From positions 116,250,001 to 116,314,000 of the forward strand of contig JAGIQG010000002.1 of NCBI GenBank assembly GCA_024679065.1: DNA of 64,000 nt, given 5' to 3'. Positions 12,212 to 25,550 of the stretch are shown in pieces; position 1 is the stretch's first letter; the number at the start of each line of letters is the position of its first letter. A program made the position numbers and the translations under genes. This stretch comes from Sphyrna mokarran (lineage: Eukaryota). Below the pieces are notes generated by a model. The model was not told where the DNA came from and made no database searches. It saw nothing but the letters and a program-made list of their open reading frames with translations.

Positions 12212-12499
12212 ATAGCAAGTGCTAGTAGTCTTACTGTAGCAGATCTTAACTTGTAATGACAGCTAACTTCATTACCTTTGTGCAGAATGTAATTGCCTTG
12301 TCTCTATATAGATGATCTCACTGGAATATTCCTTGTCTGTATATCAGATGTTTACAATACTGTGATGAGCATTTGATATTAATCTTGGTGTTCTAATGCT
12401 TGTATCAAAATAGCAATGGATACGTGAGAGAAATACTCAGCTTTTTATTTTTTAAAGCATGGAAAGAGACTTCAGCTTTCAATGTTATGTGTTAACCAG

Positions 12500-14373
12500 A
12501 GGTCAGGGTAAGCACATTCCTTTTAGAGTGAAAGACAAGGCTGGTATATGTAGGGAACCCTGGATGACTTGGTATATTGAGGCCTTGGTCGAGAAGAAGA
12601 AAGAGGCACATGACATGCATAGGCAGCTAGGAACAAGTGGATCCCTTGGAGAGTTTAGAGGATGTAGGAATAGAGTTAAGAGAAAATTCAGTAGGGCAAA
12701 AAGGGGACACGAGATTGCCTCATCTGCCAAAGCAAAGAAAAATCCAAAGAGTGTCTACAAATACATAAAAGGCAAAAAAGTAGGACCTTTTAAGGATCAA
12801 CAAGGCCATCTATGTGCAGATTCACAAGAAATGTGTGAGATCCTAAATGAATATTTCTCATCAGTGTTTACTATTGAGATGTTAGAGAACTTGGGGAAAT
12901 AAATAGTAATATGTTGAGCACTGTTCATATTTGAATTATCTTTGAATTCTTTGAATTATCAACAGTCGCAGGTGAGGTGCCTGAAGATTGGAGGATGGCA
13001 AATGTGCATTTATTTAAGAAGGGTTGCAGGGAAAAGCCTGGGAACTATAGGCCAGTAAGTCTCACATCTGTAGAAGGTAATTGGTAGGTACTCTGAGAGG
13101 CAAGACTACAGGCATTTAGAGATCCAAGGACTGATTAGGGACAGTCAGCATGGCTTTGAGAGTGGAAAATCAAATGTCACAAATTTGAGTTTTTTGAAGG
13201 GGTAACCAGGAAGGTAGACGAGGATATGGCAGTTGGTATTGTCAACATGGACTTTAGCAAAACCTTTGACAAGGTATCAGATGGTAGGTTGTTGCATAAA
13301 ATTAAATCCCATGGGATCCAGGGTGAGGTAGCAAAACGGATGCAAAATTGGCTTGATGACAGAAACTGGTTGTAGACAGTTGTTTTTCAAACTGGAGGCC
13401 TGTGACCAGGGATGGGTGCTGGGTTATTTGATGATTTGAATGAGAATTTAGAAGGCATCTTTAGTAACTTTGCAGATGACACCAAGATTATTGGCATATT
13501 GGAAAATGAAGATGGTTATCTAGGATTGCAATGGTATTTTGATCAGTTGGATCAGTGGACTGATGAATGGCAGATAGAGTTTAATTTAGTTAAATGTGAG
13601 GTGGTGCGTTTTGGTGGATTGAACCAGGGCAGGTCTTATTCAGTTAATGGTGTTGGGGAGAGTTATACAGCAAAGAGATCTAGAGGTTCATAGCTCCTTG
13701 AAAGTGGAGTTACAGGTAGACAGAGCAGTGAAAAGGGCATTGGGCATGCTTAGTTTCATCAGTCAGTACATTGAATACAGGAGTTGGGACATTTTGTTGA
13801 AGTTGTACAAGACTTGGTAAAGCCACAATTGGAATACTGCCTGCAGTTATGGTCATACTATTATAAAAAGGATAGAATTAAACTACAAAGAGTGCAGGAA
13901 AGATTTACTAGGATGCTACTGGGACTTGATAGTTTGAGTTATGAGGAGAGGCTAGATGGACTGGGACTTTTTTCCTTGGAGTGTAGGAGACTTAGGGTGA
14001 TATTATAGAGTACTTTAAAATAAGAAGGGGCACAGATCAGGTAGATAGTCAACATCTTTTACCAAATGTAGGGGAGTCTAAAACTAGAGGGCATAGGTTT
14101 TAAGTTGAGAGAGGAGAAATACAAAAGGGTTCAGAGGGACAGTCTTTTGACACAGAGGGTGGTGAGTGTCTGGAACAAGCTGCCAGATATGATAATAGAG
14201 ACAGGTAAATCGTTTGTCTTTTTAAAAAGCATTTAGACAGTTAAATGAGTGATATGGATATAGAGGGATATGAGCCAAGTGCGGACAATTGGGACTAGCT
14301 TAGTGACTTAAAAAAAGAGCAGCATGTACAAGTTGGGCCAAAGGGCCTGTTTCCATGTTGTAAACCTCTATGA
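12500..14373 (+). mobile_element. CR1/HER1 LINE, 5'-truncated and degraded
   Basis: ORF2 pieces KKNPKSVYKYIKGKK, SNFADDTKI and LVKPQLEYCLQLWS; tail GGGCCAAAGGGCCTGTTTCCATGTTGTAAACCTCTATGA. Confidence 0.92.
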
Positions 14374-15880
14374 TCCTGTCTCCAAAAATGAATTTGATTG
14401 CTTTTTGTAATTTTCTAATGTTCATTCAGAAATTTAGAGTATAAAACAATTTTTTTCATTTACAATGACACTGAAAATAATCTGCTGTGCACAGAAGGCG
14501 AGAAACTGATTGGCAAAATGTGAAGCTCAACTTCCTTGCAAAATATAGCAAGGTCATGTAATAGAGATCTCTTCCTATTGTGTTTAATGTTGACCTAAGG
14601 ATTTTGTTAAAAAGCTTCCATGGTTGGTTGAATATCCAACAACTTTTAATTTGGACATTGAATTAGTTTATGTGGATTGCTCATGTTCTATTTCAGCAGA
14701 TATTGTCCTTTTTTTTTGTTTATTCAAGGTGAAATGCAAGCTGCTTGCTTAAAAAAAGTGCTGTGTTGTCAAATGATAATTTGTGCTATGTTCTGAATCC
14801 ATCCTAGTGGGTAATGATGGGTCTGTCAATTTCGATCTTTTTGTTTTTCCTCGCAACTTATATTGGAACTCTAGCTGTAATTTGATTTCTTTTTTAAAAA
14901 TATTACCTAGAATGTAATTTTCTTAAGTAGTGGAGAACTGATGATCATGGCATAATGTAACAAATATGAAACAGGCTTGATTATCGTTGGCAGTAAATAT
15001 GCTGAGCACATTCTCACCTGTGCTGTACAATTACAGCTACACTTGTCTTTCAGAATGAAATATGCTTTCAGTATTAGGAGAGCTGGATCAACCTCAGTTT
15101 GAATGCCAAATAAATGTCTTGTTTAAGAGTTATATTTATGGTAAAAGGTTAAACCAACTTGTGCTTCATCTAGTACCATTTGTAATGAAAACATGCTGAG
15201 ATGTTTTACAACAGCACAATCAGAAACACTGCTTAATGAGCATGCAGAGCTATGAGAGGATACATAGAAGCTAGAATTGGAAGATTGGAGAGTTTAAGCA
15301 GGGTTATTGGCATAGCGAAGGTAACAGAAATAAAGAGGAGTGAGTCTGAAACAATATAAACATGAGATGACGATTATAAATTTTGAATGGGAGGAATAAG
15401 TACAGAGATGATTGGTGAGTGGGCCATGTGTGGGTTCAGATAAAGGCAGAATATTGGATGAAATTTAGTTTGCGGAGAGGAAATTATAGGAGTTTTGCCA
15501 GCAGCGCATTAGTGTAATTATGGCATGGGTAAGAATTTCAGTGACATGTAGGTTGTAGTGGAGGGAGGCAGAGTTGTGAAGGAAGAAGTAAGCAAGCATT
15601 TTATCTGCTTGTTGATCCTGTTTTCTAAACAAAATTAAACCACTCGAATCCTGCTGCAACTTGCTGGTCCATAAACCGTAGAATGGTTGTTTTGATTTCA
15701 TGAAAAAAGTCATTTGTCCTACAAATTCTTCATTTGTCATGGTAAAATTTTACTCAACAGAATGGTGTTAGGGAAAATTCACAAGTGTTTGCTTAACTTT
15801 CTATACGTTGACCATTCAATTTTGACAGAAAATGCTGGAAAATCTCAACAGATCTGACAGCATTGAGGACAGAAAATAGA

Positions 15881-16102
15881 CATGATGTAGAGATGCCGGC
15901 GTTGGAGTGGGGTAAACTCAGTAAAGTTTGACAACACCAATTTTAAATCCAACCGATTTATTTGTTAGTAAATCCACGAGCTTTCGGCCTTCATGGCCTC
16001 AGCATCTCATTCGCCTGATGAAGGCCACAAAGGCTGAAAGCTCGTGGATTTACTATCAAATAAATCGGTTGGATTTAAAATTGGTGTTGTCAAACTTTAC
16101 TG
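15881..16102 (-). mobile_element. Fold-back PLE-derived mini-element (family A), copy 1
   Basis: About 80-bp near-perfect inverted arms (15919-15998 / 16022-16102), unpaired 38-nt tail at left, TSD ACAGAAAATAGA (15869-15880 / 16103-16114). Confidence 0.9.
16009..16049 (+). ncRNA. Minimal type I hammerhead ribozyme motif
   Basis: attcgc-CTGATGA-A-ggcc acaaa ggct-GAAA-GCT-C-gtggat: stems I and II pair, stem III reduced to palindromic AGCT, NUH site CUC. Confidence 0.75.
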
Positions 16103-16705
16103 ACAGAAAATAGAGCCAACGTTTCAAGTCTGGATGATCCTTTGTCAGAGCTGAATACAATAGAAAATAAAAGAGATCTACATGGTAAAGAGGGGATTTG
16201 AAAATATGTCATAGACAAAACTGCAAAGGGAATGTAAATTCTGGTGATTATAGCTAAGAATGAAACCGTTAAAAGATTGGCATGTGTTAATTGCGTAACA
16301 AAGGTAAGCTGAGTGTTAAAGGACAACCTGAGACATGCAGCAGATGGCCCTGGGGAGGGGAGGGGGAGAGAGAGAGAGAGGCTCTCATTGTAGTCAAGGG
16401 GACCCTAACAGACACAGTTGAGAGCCATGTTAGCCGCAGTGAAAGGAAAACATATCAGCAGTATTTTGGAAAGTGTCATCAACAGATGCGATACATGTGA
16501 AGGAACTGAGGGAATGAGCTGCGAGTCCTTATAAGATGTGGGATGGGGAAAGGTGTAGTCAAGATAGCTGCGAGAGTCGATAGATGTAATGTGGTATATT
16601 GCCAGAAATGGAGACAGACAGGTCAAGGAAGGACAGAAATGGACCATATGAAGGTGATGGTGGGATAGAAACTGGAAGTAAAATTAATCAATTTTTCCAG
16701 GTCAA

Positions 16706-18155
16706 GCTAATGTTGTACCGTTGTTTAAAAAGGGTAGTAGGGATAACCCTGGCAATTATAGGCTGGTGAGTTTGACGTCAGTGGTAGGGAAGCTGTTGGA
16801 GGGGATTCTTAGAGATAGGATGTATAGGCACTTAGAGCGTTGCGATATGATTAGGGATACGCAGCATGGATTTATTAAGGGGAGGTCGTGCCTCACAAAT
16901 CTGGTAGAATTTTTTGAGGAGGTGACGAAAACGGTGGACGAAGGGCGAGCCGTTGATGTTGTCTATACGGATTTTAGTAAGGCGTTTGGCAAAGTCCCTC
17001 ATGAGAGGTTAGTTGAGAAGGTCAGGGCTCATGGGATACAAGGACAGGTAGTTAGATGGATAAGTAACTGGCTTAGTAATAGGAGACAGAGTAATAGTGG
17101 AAGGGTGTTTTTCTGGCTGGAGGTCGGTCACTAGTGGTGTGCCGCAGGGCTCGGTACTGGGACCTCTTCTATTTGTAATATATATAAATGACTTGGAAGA
17201 GGAAGTAAGTGGAGTGATCAGCAAGTTTGCAGACAATACAAAGATGGCTGGACTTGCGGATAGTGAGGAGCATTGTCAGGCGATGCAGCAGGACATAGGC
17301 TGGTAGCTTGGGCAGACGGATGGCAGATGGAATTTAATCCTGATAAATGCGGGATGATGCATTTCAGGAGAAAGAATGTAAGGGGGAGGTATATGATAAA
17401 GGGTAGACCTATTAAGCGTATAGAAACGCAGATGGACCTGGGTGTGCAGGTGAACAAGTCTCTGAATGTGGCAGAGCAGGTGGAGAAGATTGTGAAGAAA
17501 GCATATAGTATGCTAGCCTTTATAGGAAGAGGTATAGAGTACAAGAGCTGGCCTTTAATGTTGAAGTTGTATAAAACGTTGGTTAGACCTCATGTGGAAT
17601 ACTGCGTCCAGTTCTGGTCGCCTTACTACCGGAAGGACGTGGAGACTCTGGAGAGAGTGCAGAGGAGGTTTACCAGGATGCTGCCTGGTCTGGAAGGTCT
17701 GAGTTACGAGGAGAGGTTAGGCAAATTGGGACTGTTTTCCTTAGCAAGACGTAGACTTAGAGGAAATCTAAAAGAGGTGTACAAGATTATGAGGGGTATA
17801 GATAGAGTAAACAAGGTTAAGCTTTTTCCTAGGATGGACTCGAATAGCATGAGGGGTCACGGGCTTAGGGAGGCAGGTACTCTGGATTATTTAAGAAATA
17901 CTTAAATGGGCACATGAACAGAATGGGAATGGAGGGGTATAGAAAACTGATTTAAAATAGGGATCATGAGCCTTGGGAGTTCCTGGGAACTGTGTAAATA
18001 GATGATGATATTGATGTACTTGTTTTTATCCTAGAGGTGCTTTGGTCCACCTTGTTGTCTAACAAGGGGTGTACTCGCGATGGGTCGTGAGGATTTTTTT
18101 TTCGAGAGTACCCTAGTGCTTCACGTCGTTGGTGTACGCTTGATCTGGACCATTT
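16706..18155 (+). mobile_element. Young CR1/HER1 LINE (RT domain to long 3' UTR)
   Basis: [72 protein letters not shown]; few frameshifts; same subfamily as 46578-48210. Confidence 0.95.
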
Positions 18156-18157
18156 GA

Positions 18158-18477
18158 TGGGCAACACGACAGCTCAGTGACTATCGCTGTGCTGTGCAGA
18201 TACATGGGTTTGACCCTGTGTCTGTGGGAGTTTGTGCATTCTCCCCGTGTTTGCGTGGGTTTTCTCTGGGTGCTCCGGTTTCCTCCCACATCCCAAGGAT
18301 GTGCTCTTAGGCTAATTGGCAAAACAAATTCTCCCTAAATTGTCTCAAATTTGGTTTTTAATCCGTAGATCTATAAACATAGACAGGGATCACGGTTAGA
18401 GGTGGGAACATCGGGGTGGCAGCGCGGGCTCGTTGGGCCGAAGGGTCTGTTTCCCGTGCTGTTTTATTCTTTGTTCT
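18158..18477 (+). mobile_element. HE1-related SINE fused directly to the CR1 3' UTR
   Basis: GGGCAACACGACAGCTCAGTG head, TGTCTGTGGGAGTTTGTGCATTCTCCCCGTG...GGGTGCTCCGGTTTCCTCCCACA core, CR1-type tail. Confidence 0.8.
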
Positions 18478-19017
18478 TCTCGTCCATTTGCACCAACTCA
18501 ACATGATGCCACCAACAAACACATCTCCCACTCACTCCACTTGTTAGCATTTTCACAGGGATTATTCCCTCCGGGACACTTTTGCCCACTTGTCCATCAT
18601 ACCCAGCACCTTCCCATGCAATTACGGAAAGTGCAACACCTGCCCCTTTACCTCCTCCCTTCTCACCTTCCAAGGGCCTAAGCACTCTTCTCAGGTGAAA
18701 TGCTTTATGTGCACCTCTTTTAATCTGGTCTATTTTATTCATGACTCCTAATGTGGTCAATTATACGTCAGAGACCAAATGCAACTGGATGACTGCTTTG
18801 CAGAACATCTTTGGTCCATTCACAAACAGGATCCAGATCTTCCTGTCACTCATCATTTGAGCATGCCATTTTCTTCTCCTATCCACATGTCTTTGTGAAT
18901 TCCAAGGCAATCTGGAGGAACAGCACCTCATCTTCTGACTGGGCACTTTACAGCCTTCTGGACTGAACATTGAGTTCAACAACTTCAGAGCATGAACTCT
19001 CTTGTCCACTTTCACCA

Positions 19018-19045
19018 ACACACACACACACACACACACACACAC
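19018..19045. repeat. (AC)14 microsatellite
   Basis: Direct reading. Confidence 0.95.
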
Positions 19046-19159
19046 CTCTTGATGGCTGCTATCAGCACCCTTTTTAATCACATCCACCAGAATTTACACT
19101 CCCTTTTGTCTCTGACATATTTCTCAATTCCACCACCCACAACTTAGCAGCTCGTCCTA

Positions 19160-20589
19160 AAACCAAAAGAGAAAATACTGGAAAATCTCAGTTAGTCTGG
19201 CAGCATCTGTAAGGAGAGAAAAGAACTAACATTTTGAGTCCAGGTGACACTTTATCAAAATTAAAAGGCATAGAAAGTGGGAGATATTTACATTGCAGGG
19301 TGAGGGAATGGAAGATGTGTCATAGCCAGAAACCAGAGGAAATCACTGCGAATGGTTGTGCATAGAGAAAATAAAGGGTGTGAATGATCAAATGGTAGAA
19401 TAGCTGAAATCAGAGGGTAAGCTGTGTTAAATGAAGACGTGGGGTTGGCGGGGGAGGGGTGTGCGCTGGTTGGGAGAGAGGTAAAATTTGGAAAGTGAGA
19501 AAAGATAAGGAAAGGGGGATAAAGTGGAGGAAAGAATTGGGGGGAGAAGAAAAATGAAGAAAGGCAATAAAGAAATAAAAAGTAGAGAATAGTAAAAGAT
19601 TAAATAAATGAAAACAAAGGGGTCGAGATGGGGTAGAGCTGAACATCTGAAGTTGTTGAACTCGATGTTGAGACCAAGAGGCTGTAAAGTGCCTAGCCAG
19701 AAGATGAGATGCTGTCCCTCCAGTTTGCGATCAGATTCACTGGAACATTGCAGCAGGCCAAGGACAAACATATGGGCGTAGGAACAGGATTGTGTGTTAA
19801 AATGGCAAGCAACAGGAAAGTCAGGGTACTGATTGTGCACAGACTGAAGGTGCTCAGCAAAGCGATTGTCCAATCTACACATGGTTTCTGTGATCTGGAG
19901 GAGATCACATTGGGAGCAGCAAATGCAATAGACCAAATTGAAAGAGTTGCAAGTGAAATGCTGCTTAACCTGGAATGAGTGTTTTGGACCTTGGATAATA
20001 AGCATGAAAGAGGTAAAGAGGCAGATGTAACACCTTCTGTGATTGCATAGGAAAGTGCATTAATTGAAGGTGTAGGAGTGGACTAGGTTATCCCAGAGGG
20101 AACTGTTTCCACAGTCCACTGACAGCGGAGGTGGTGAGGGTCGTGGCGTGAGAGATGGACTGCATGCTGCTGAGAACCTGTCGACAATTAAAGATGGGAG
20201 TCCATGGTTGAGGAAAAAGAACCACATGTTAGAATCATCACTTTGGAAAGTGGCATCATTGGAACAAATGTGATGGAGGCAAAGGAGCTGAGAGAAAGGG
20301 ATGGAATGCTTCCAGGATGTAAAGTGCACGAAGCTGTAATCCAGATAGCTGTGGGTGTCAGTGAGGTTGTAATGGATATTGATAAATAGTCTATTGCTGG
20401 AAATGGAGACAAGCCAAGGAAGGGAAGTGTCTGAGATGGACCGGGTGAAGGCGATTGGAGGGGTGACAACTGGAAGAGAAGCTGATGTATTTTTTGAGGT
20501 CTGAACAAGAGCATGAAGTGCCACCGAAATAGTCATCGATGTTGTAGTAAGGGACCTGGTACCTGGAACAAGGAATGCTCCATATACAT
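19160..20589 (-). mobile_element. Penelope-like element (RT C-terminus + GIY-YIG endonuclease remnant) nested in the outer PLE
   Basis: ORF 19427..20005(-) FTCNSFNLVYCICCSQC...RFAEHL...LGTLQPLGLNIEF; ORF 20060..20536(-) HYNLTDTHSYLDYS...SIPFSQLLCLHHICS; TSD CTCGTCCTA (19151-19159 / 20590-20598). Confidence 0.88.
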
Positions 20590-22377
20590 CTCGTCCTATT
20601 TTTGTATTGTCTTCAGCTCTAATGAAGAGTCATCTGGGCTTGAAGCATTGGCTCTATTCTCTCTTCACAGATGCTGTTAGACCTGCTGAGCCTTCCCAGC
20701 ATTTTCTGTTTTTGTTTCAGATTCCAGCATCTGTAGTAATTTGCTTTATTCAATTTTAACTTGAACAACCTTCCTCCTAAATTGGAGATTTTGGTCCAAT
20801 AGGGTTTGGAAGATCATAGTAACAAAATGGGGAAGACAAAAATGAGAACTGCATTTGGAGTACTTTTTGATATTTTAGGGTTAGTTTTTGTAACTATGCT
20901 TATGTGAGTCTGAATGTTTGAATGTTAAGGCAGAGTATGATGTTGTTTTATGAGTAATGCCATCTGATGCCAAGTGCATCATTCTGCTCAGAGTGAACTT
21001 TATCTTTTAAGGCCACAAGTCTAATTGTTAAACAAGCACAGGCTTGAGTCATTCAGTGATCAGTAGTAAGGTAAGGGATTGTAATGTAATTGCCAGTTTT
21101 CGGCTTCAGCTCAGAAGTGCGTAGTTTTGTACCTATCATATCTGGATATCTCATACATATCATTTTATATACAGTAATGATATTCCATTTATTAACAAAC
21201 TCAATATTGCCTAATTTCCCAAAGGCTGTAAAAGGAAATGTGTTGCTCTGTACAGTCAAGATAGCCTACTTGCACCTGAGAAGTCATCACTCTGTTTGTG
21301 TGTGGCTGGCAGTGCAGAGGAATCCTACCTCACTGAAATAGTCAGTTTCCTGCCAAAGAAGCCAATAATATCAGACAACAGACTTCACACCTTTGGGTGT
21401 GTGAACGTTATATACAGCGCTCCACAGAGGTAGCAGAGCAGAAGGATGGAAGAAAATGAATGGAAAACCACACAATATCATGTTTAAAAGATTTGTGAGT
21501 ACATTGTCTCATCAGTGTGAAATAGTGCATTCCTTTTATCCTCTGCAAATAAAGTGTTTGATCACCAATTTACAGAGGCTGAATTTGTCATTTACATTTC
21601 AACTAGAATCCCATTTTAAAAGTAGGATGGTAAGTTGTTTTCCCAATTCTACAGATTCAATAAATAATATATGGGTCTCCAGTTAGTTGAGTTGGATCCT
21701 TCAATGGCCTTAAAATCTGCTTGCTGCGGTAGACCAGGATGTTCCCAGATTTAATTCTAGTTTATGTTGAGTCACTAGTTTTAATATTGATGGAATGATT
21801 TCCTTCTATATCCCAAGCCATTAGATGAAGCTACAACATCCGAGCTCCACGGTGTTGTATCTGGGGGGTGCATTACGTTGCAAATTTCAGATGGTTCTGA
21901 CTGTGATATCTCAATAGTTACCCGGACGTGTTAGAATTAAAACCAATTCTAGCTTTTGATAACTATTGTACAGACCCATATTGACCACCCCATGGGATTC
22001 CCCTCGTGCCCCCATATCCAGAGGACCACATCCATCCTATCTAACCCTTTTGGACTTTTCTCAATTTGGACTAACCCCCACAGGCTGCGAACCCTACTAA
22101 ACCTGGCTGGGTGTTTAAACTAACAGCTTGTGCTTTAAAAAGAGAGACAAGACTTACCCTCAACAGTAAGCCCTGGACATGTGCTGCACTGCCCACATCT
22201 TGCTCGGGTGAGGTAGGACCAGCTGGATTTCTAGGCAAGGACCTGTGAGTGAAGTGGCAATCCAACTCAATTGTTACATCTAATACGTCCAAAACTGATG
22301 CTCCGAAGAGCTACTGCAGTTACTGCTGGGACGTAAACAAATGTATCTGTGTGCTTGGATATCAGGTGTGGACAGAA

Positions 22378-22512
22378 CTGAAAACAAAATACTGCAGATG
22401 CCGCAATTCTGAAATAAAAACAGAAAATGTTGGAACAGTTCAGCAGGTCTGACAGCATCTGTTGGGGGAGGAACAGAGTTAATGTTTAGAGTCCGATATG
22501 ATTCTTCTCAGG
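22378..22512 (-). mobile_element. PLE family B terminal-repeat fragment
   Basis: AAAACAAAATACTGCAGATGC...CAGAAAATGTTGGAAC...CAGCAGGTCTGACAGCATCTG; flanks GACAGAACT / GACAGAATT look like a TSD. Confidence 0.75.
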
Positions 22513-24530
22513 CAGACAGAATTAAGTTTAATTATGGTAAATAGCTTATGGACAGTAGAGATGTAGGGAAGAAAAGCTGAGTGCTAAACCTCTGAAATGA
22601 AAATAAGTAATTCTGGAAATGTGTAATACATTTGTCAGCGTTTGAAAAGATTTACCAATTATTTTGATGCAGAGATGAAGCAGATGCTAAGCAGGTGTAC
22701 TGTGCCTTAATGAGATGCACCTGTTGAAAGTCTAGTTTTGGTTTGAGAGTTCATAATTAATTGATGATATGATTTAAAAAATGCCTGGAGGGACTCAAAC
22801 AAACACCTGGAAGTTAGTATCGGGCATTGCTTAAAAGCAGTTTTTGTGGTGAGTTAAATGTAACTCCATGCATGCATTTCCACTGAAGTGCGCTGGCTGA
22901 GACAGTGGAATGTTTCAGGAGACTCTGAAACCAAAGGAGTCTGACTTGACCCCAGAGGCCCTTTCGAGGGGCTAGAAGAATGCCTAACACCTGTAGAAGC
23001 AGGGGGAGGCCAGTTTGTTTGTGTCATTCACCCACCCACCTTTTAAAAACTATTCAGTGCCTTCTGAGACAGAGAGTTCCAAAGTCTTTCAATTACTCAA
23101 ACTTCACTGGGAATTGGAGTCTATGATTTTCTCCTCTGAGTAGTAACAGTATGCTGCCTTGTTGGGAATACTGTCCTTTAGGTGAGGTATTAATCCACAG
23201 TCTTCTCTATCATTTCCACTAGTTGAGGGTTATTAAAATTCCTGTGCTTGAAACAGCTGAGTATTCTATGATCATGAACTTACAGCAAATTCCAGTGTTT
23301 ACATGATTAATTTAGTTTTCTTTGCCCATCCCTTCTTTTCTATTAAAGAAAGGTAGAGTTCCATTGATCATGGCAGTCCTTTGTTTTTTTTTCCAGATCT
23401 TATGTGCATTGATAACAGAGTCATTGCAACTGAGCCTATATGTGGCTGCTTTCCACAGAGGTTCTGAACAGTAATGTATTTTGTTCTTAGCTCAAGGAAC
23501 AAAAAATTGAATTGGAATCAAAATTCTTTGTAATCGTCTTCAGTTTCCTTGCAGATTTCTTGCAGATGTTTGTGTTAGGTGTGTAAGAAGAGAATAAATG
23601 CAAGTGTTTTTTTAAAATGATAATTCCGTAGTACTTGGGTCAATACTTGCATAAACTAGCAGCTCTTGTCATTTTATCCGATGTTGTATGAAAGTTAAAT
23701 TGGGTGTCAACCTTTTGGTTTGAAGCCGATGTGTGTTAGTTGGAAATGGAAGATAGATTGTTAGAAAATTTGAATTAATTTTGATACAGCCTACCTGCCA
23801 GACTGAATACTGAGGCTTGTTATTGTAGTATTGTATTAAATAAAATGTAAACAAAAATTAATAAAATAATGGCAGTGATCTTAGTGATTTGCTTTCACAT
23901 TGTTTGTCATTACTTGCACTGTAATAACGTGGATTTAAGCTGCACTTTTTTTAGAATCTTAAAAAAAAACCACCATTCAAAAATTGAAATAAAATTTTAA
24001 TTTTGGCCTCCTTGATTTATCAAATTTGAACACCTGAGCGGGATTACTGAAGTGACTTAGAAGACAAAATATTTATATATGACTGAGGGATGTAAGCATA
24101 GCATCCAAGAAGAAAAGTCAATAGTGCGTGATAAATTCTAAGCTGTTGCTGTAGAACAGAAGCACAAAGGATGTGCTGTGACCTGTGATGAGAGGTTGAT
24201 CTGATTGACAATGCTTCTGTGGTGAAATATCTAAAGTGGCTAAATGCGTGATCTACCCAGAAATATGAGTGCAAAGTAATGCAATGCCTAAGAAACTTGA
24301 GCAAATAGCAGGGCAATTACAATTGTGTCAGACAAAAATATCTCTGCTCAGATACAAGGTAAATCAGGGATTGATACTTTTCGTCTTCCAATGTGCTATG
24401 ACCATCAGCTAACTGTTGCTTTGATGACCAAGATAAAACTGGAAGCATACAATGATGAACATGATGATTGTAACAAACCAAATAAGTAAAGTAACTATCA
24501 AAAAATGAATGGAAATAGGGTTCTTTTCCT

Positions 24531-24704
24531 CCCGCCCCCTTGCCTCTTTCCTATTTGAATGTAAACTTTTAAGAGCTGCCTTATACAATAGTATTGGGAA
24601 CCAGGCAGACAACAGGAAGTGACCATCATTTGTGATGCTGAAATGAAAACAGACCATGCTTTGAAATTCCCAGCTGGCATACGCTTCCAGGAAAATGGGT
24701 GAGT
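24531..24704 (+). promoter_or_regulatory. Candidate intronic enhancer / alternative promoter (GC box, ETS, ISRE-like, NF-kB-like, GAS motifs, then a splice donor)
   Basis: CCCGCCCC 24531, ACAGGAAGTG 24612, GAAATGAAAAC 24640, TGAAATTCCC 24662, TTCCAGGAA 24685, G|GTGAGT 24699. Confidence 0.35.
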
Positions 24705-25550
24705 GACTGAGAATCTAATATGGAATTGTTAAGAACTGAGATTGTGAATGGTCGGGCCTTGCTATGTAAAAAGTAATTTATTTAAATTGTATACATTCCT
24801 GTGGTCATTTAAGGCTGGCTGTTTAGAGGCTCATCAGATGTTGCAAAATTAGTTTAACCACAACAACAGGAGGGATAACAAGCTATGTGTATTATTCATC
24901 ATAGTGGTTGCGTGTGATACCTTGCTGGCACCGAGACTATGCTGGGCTTTTGGTTTTCCTGTATTTAAGACTCCAATCACCATATCTGCTTATGACATCC
25001 AGGACTGCCAGGGGAACAAAATGAGCCATTTTATTATTATATTAACTTGCCAGTCGTGAAAGTTTTCATATAGTTATCATTAATGAACTAGGATTTGGGA
25101 TAGTTTCAAAAGTGTCCGGAATATGGACATTCAACCTATGCAACATTTGGAACATTTGCTAAATATATAGTCCCTACTGAGATATTGCAATTAATTCAGT
25201 GTTTAAAACTGTTTGTTGTGTCTAGAAACTGAGACACCCTGAGTCAACATTAGTTCAATTAAAGTTGATGATTCAGTGGCATAAAAGTGGATAAGATTAA
25301 TATCAGAATTCTGCCCTAATTTGAAATGTTGATTAAAGTAAAACTGCCAAATTTTTACAGATGTTGCGATATTATAAAACATTAGAGTAAAATTGATCAT
25401 CTTGAAAAAAAATTAAAAATGTTTATTTTGAATTACGGTGATAAAATTTTGAAATTTTTAACCAAGTATAGATTGTGGACATTTTGTTTGCATTGGTACT
25501 ATTAATTGGCCTGTTTTCCAACATTATTTGATTTCAAAATTTTTATCATT

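Larger units (their letters stand above)
15827..20747. mobile_element. Penelope-like element (family B) with inverted terminal repeats, hosting nested insertions
   Basis: Left end (15827-15880 + 16115-16175) is an approximate reverse complement of 20595-20710; TSD ATTCAATTTTGAC / ATTCAATTTTAAC; RT remnant on - (DSRSYLDYTFPHPTSYKDS) and Cys/GIY-YIG remnant on + (18480-19010, FPCNYGKCNTCPF...NLVYFI). Confidence 0.8.

Noticed and set aside
12930-12960. Triplicated TTGAATT(A)TC
   Set aside because: Small duplication at an internal CR1 deletion junction; no sign of function
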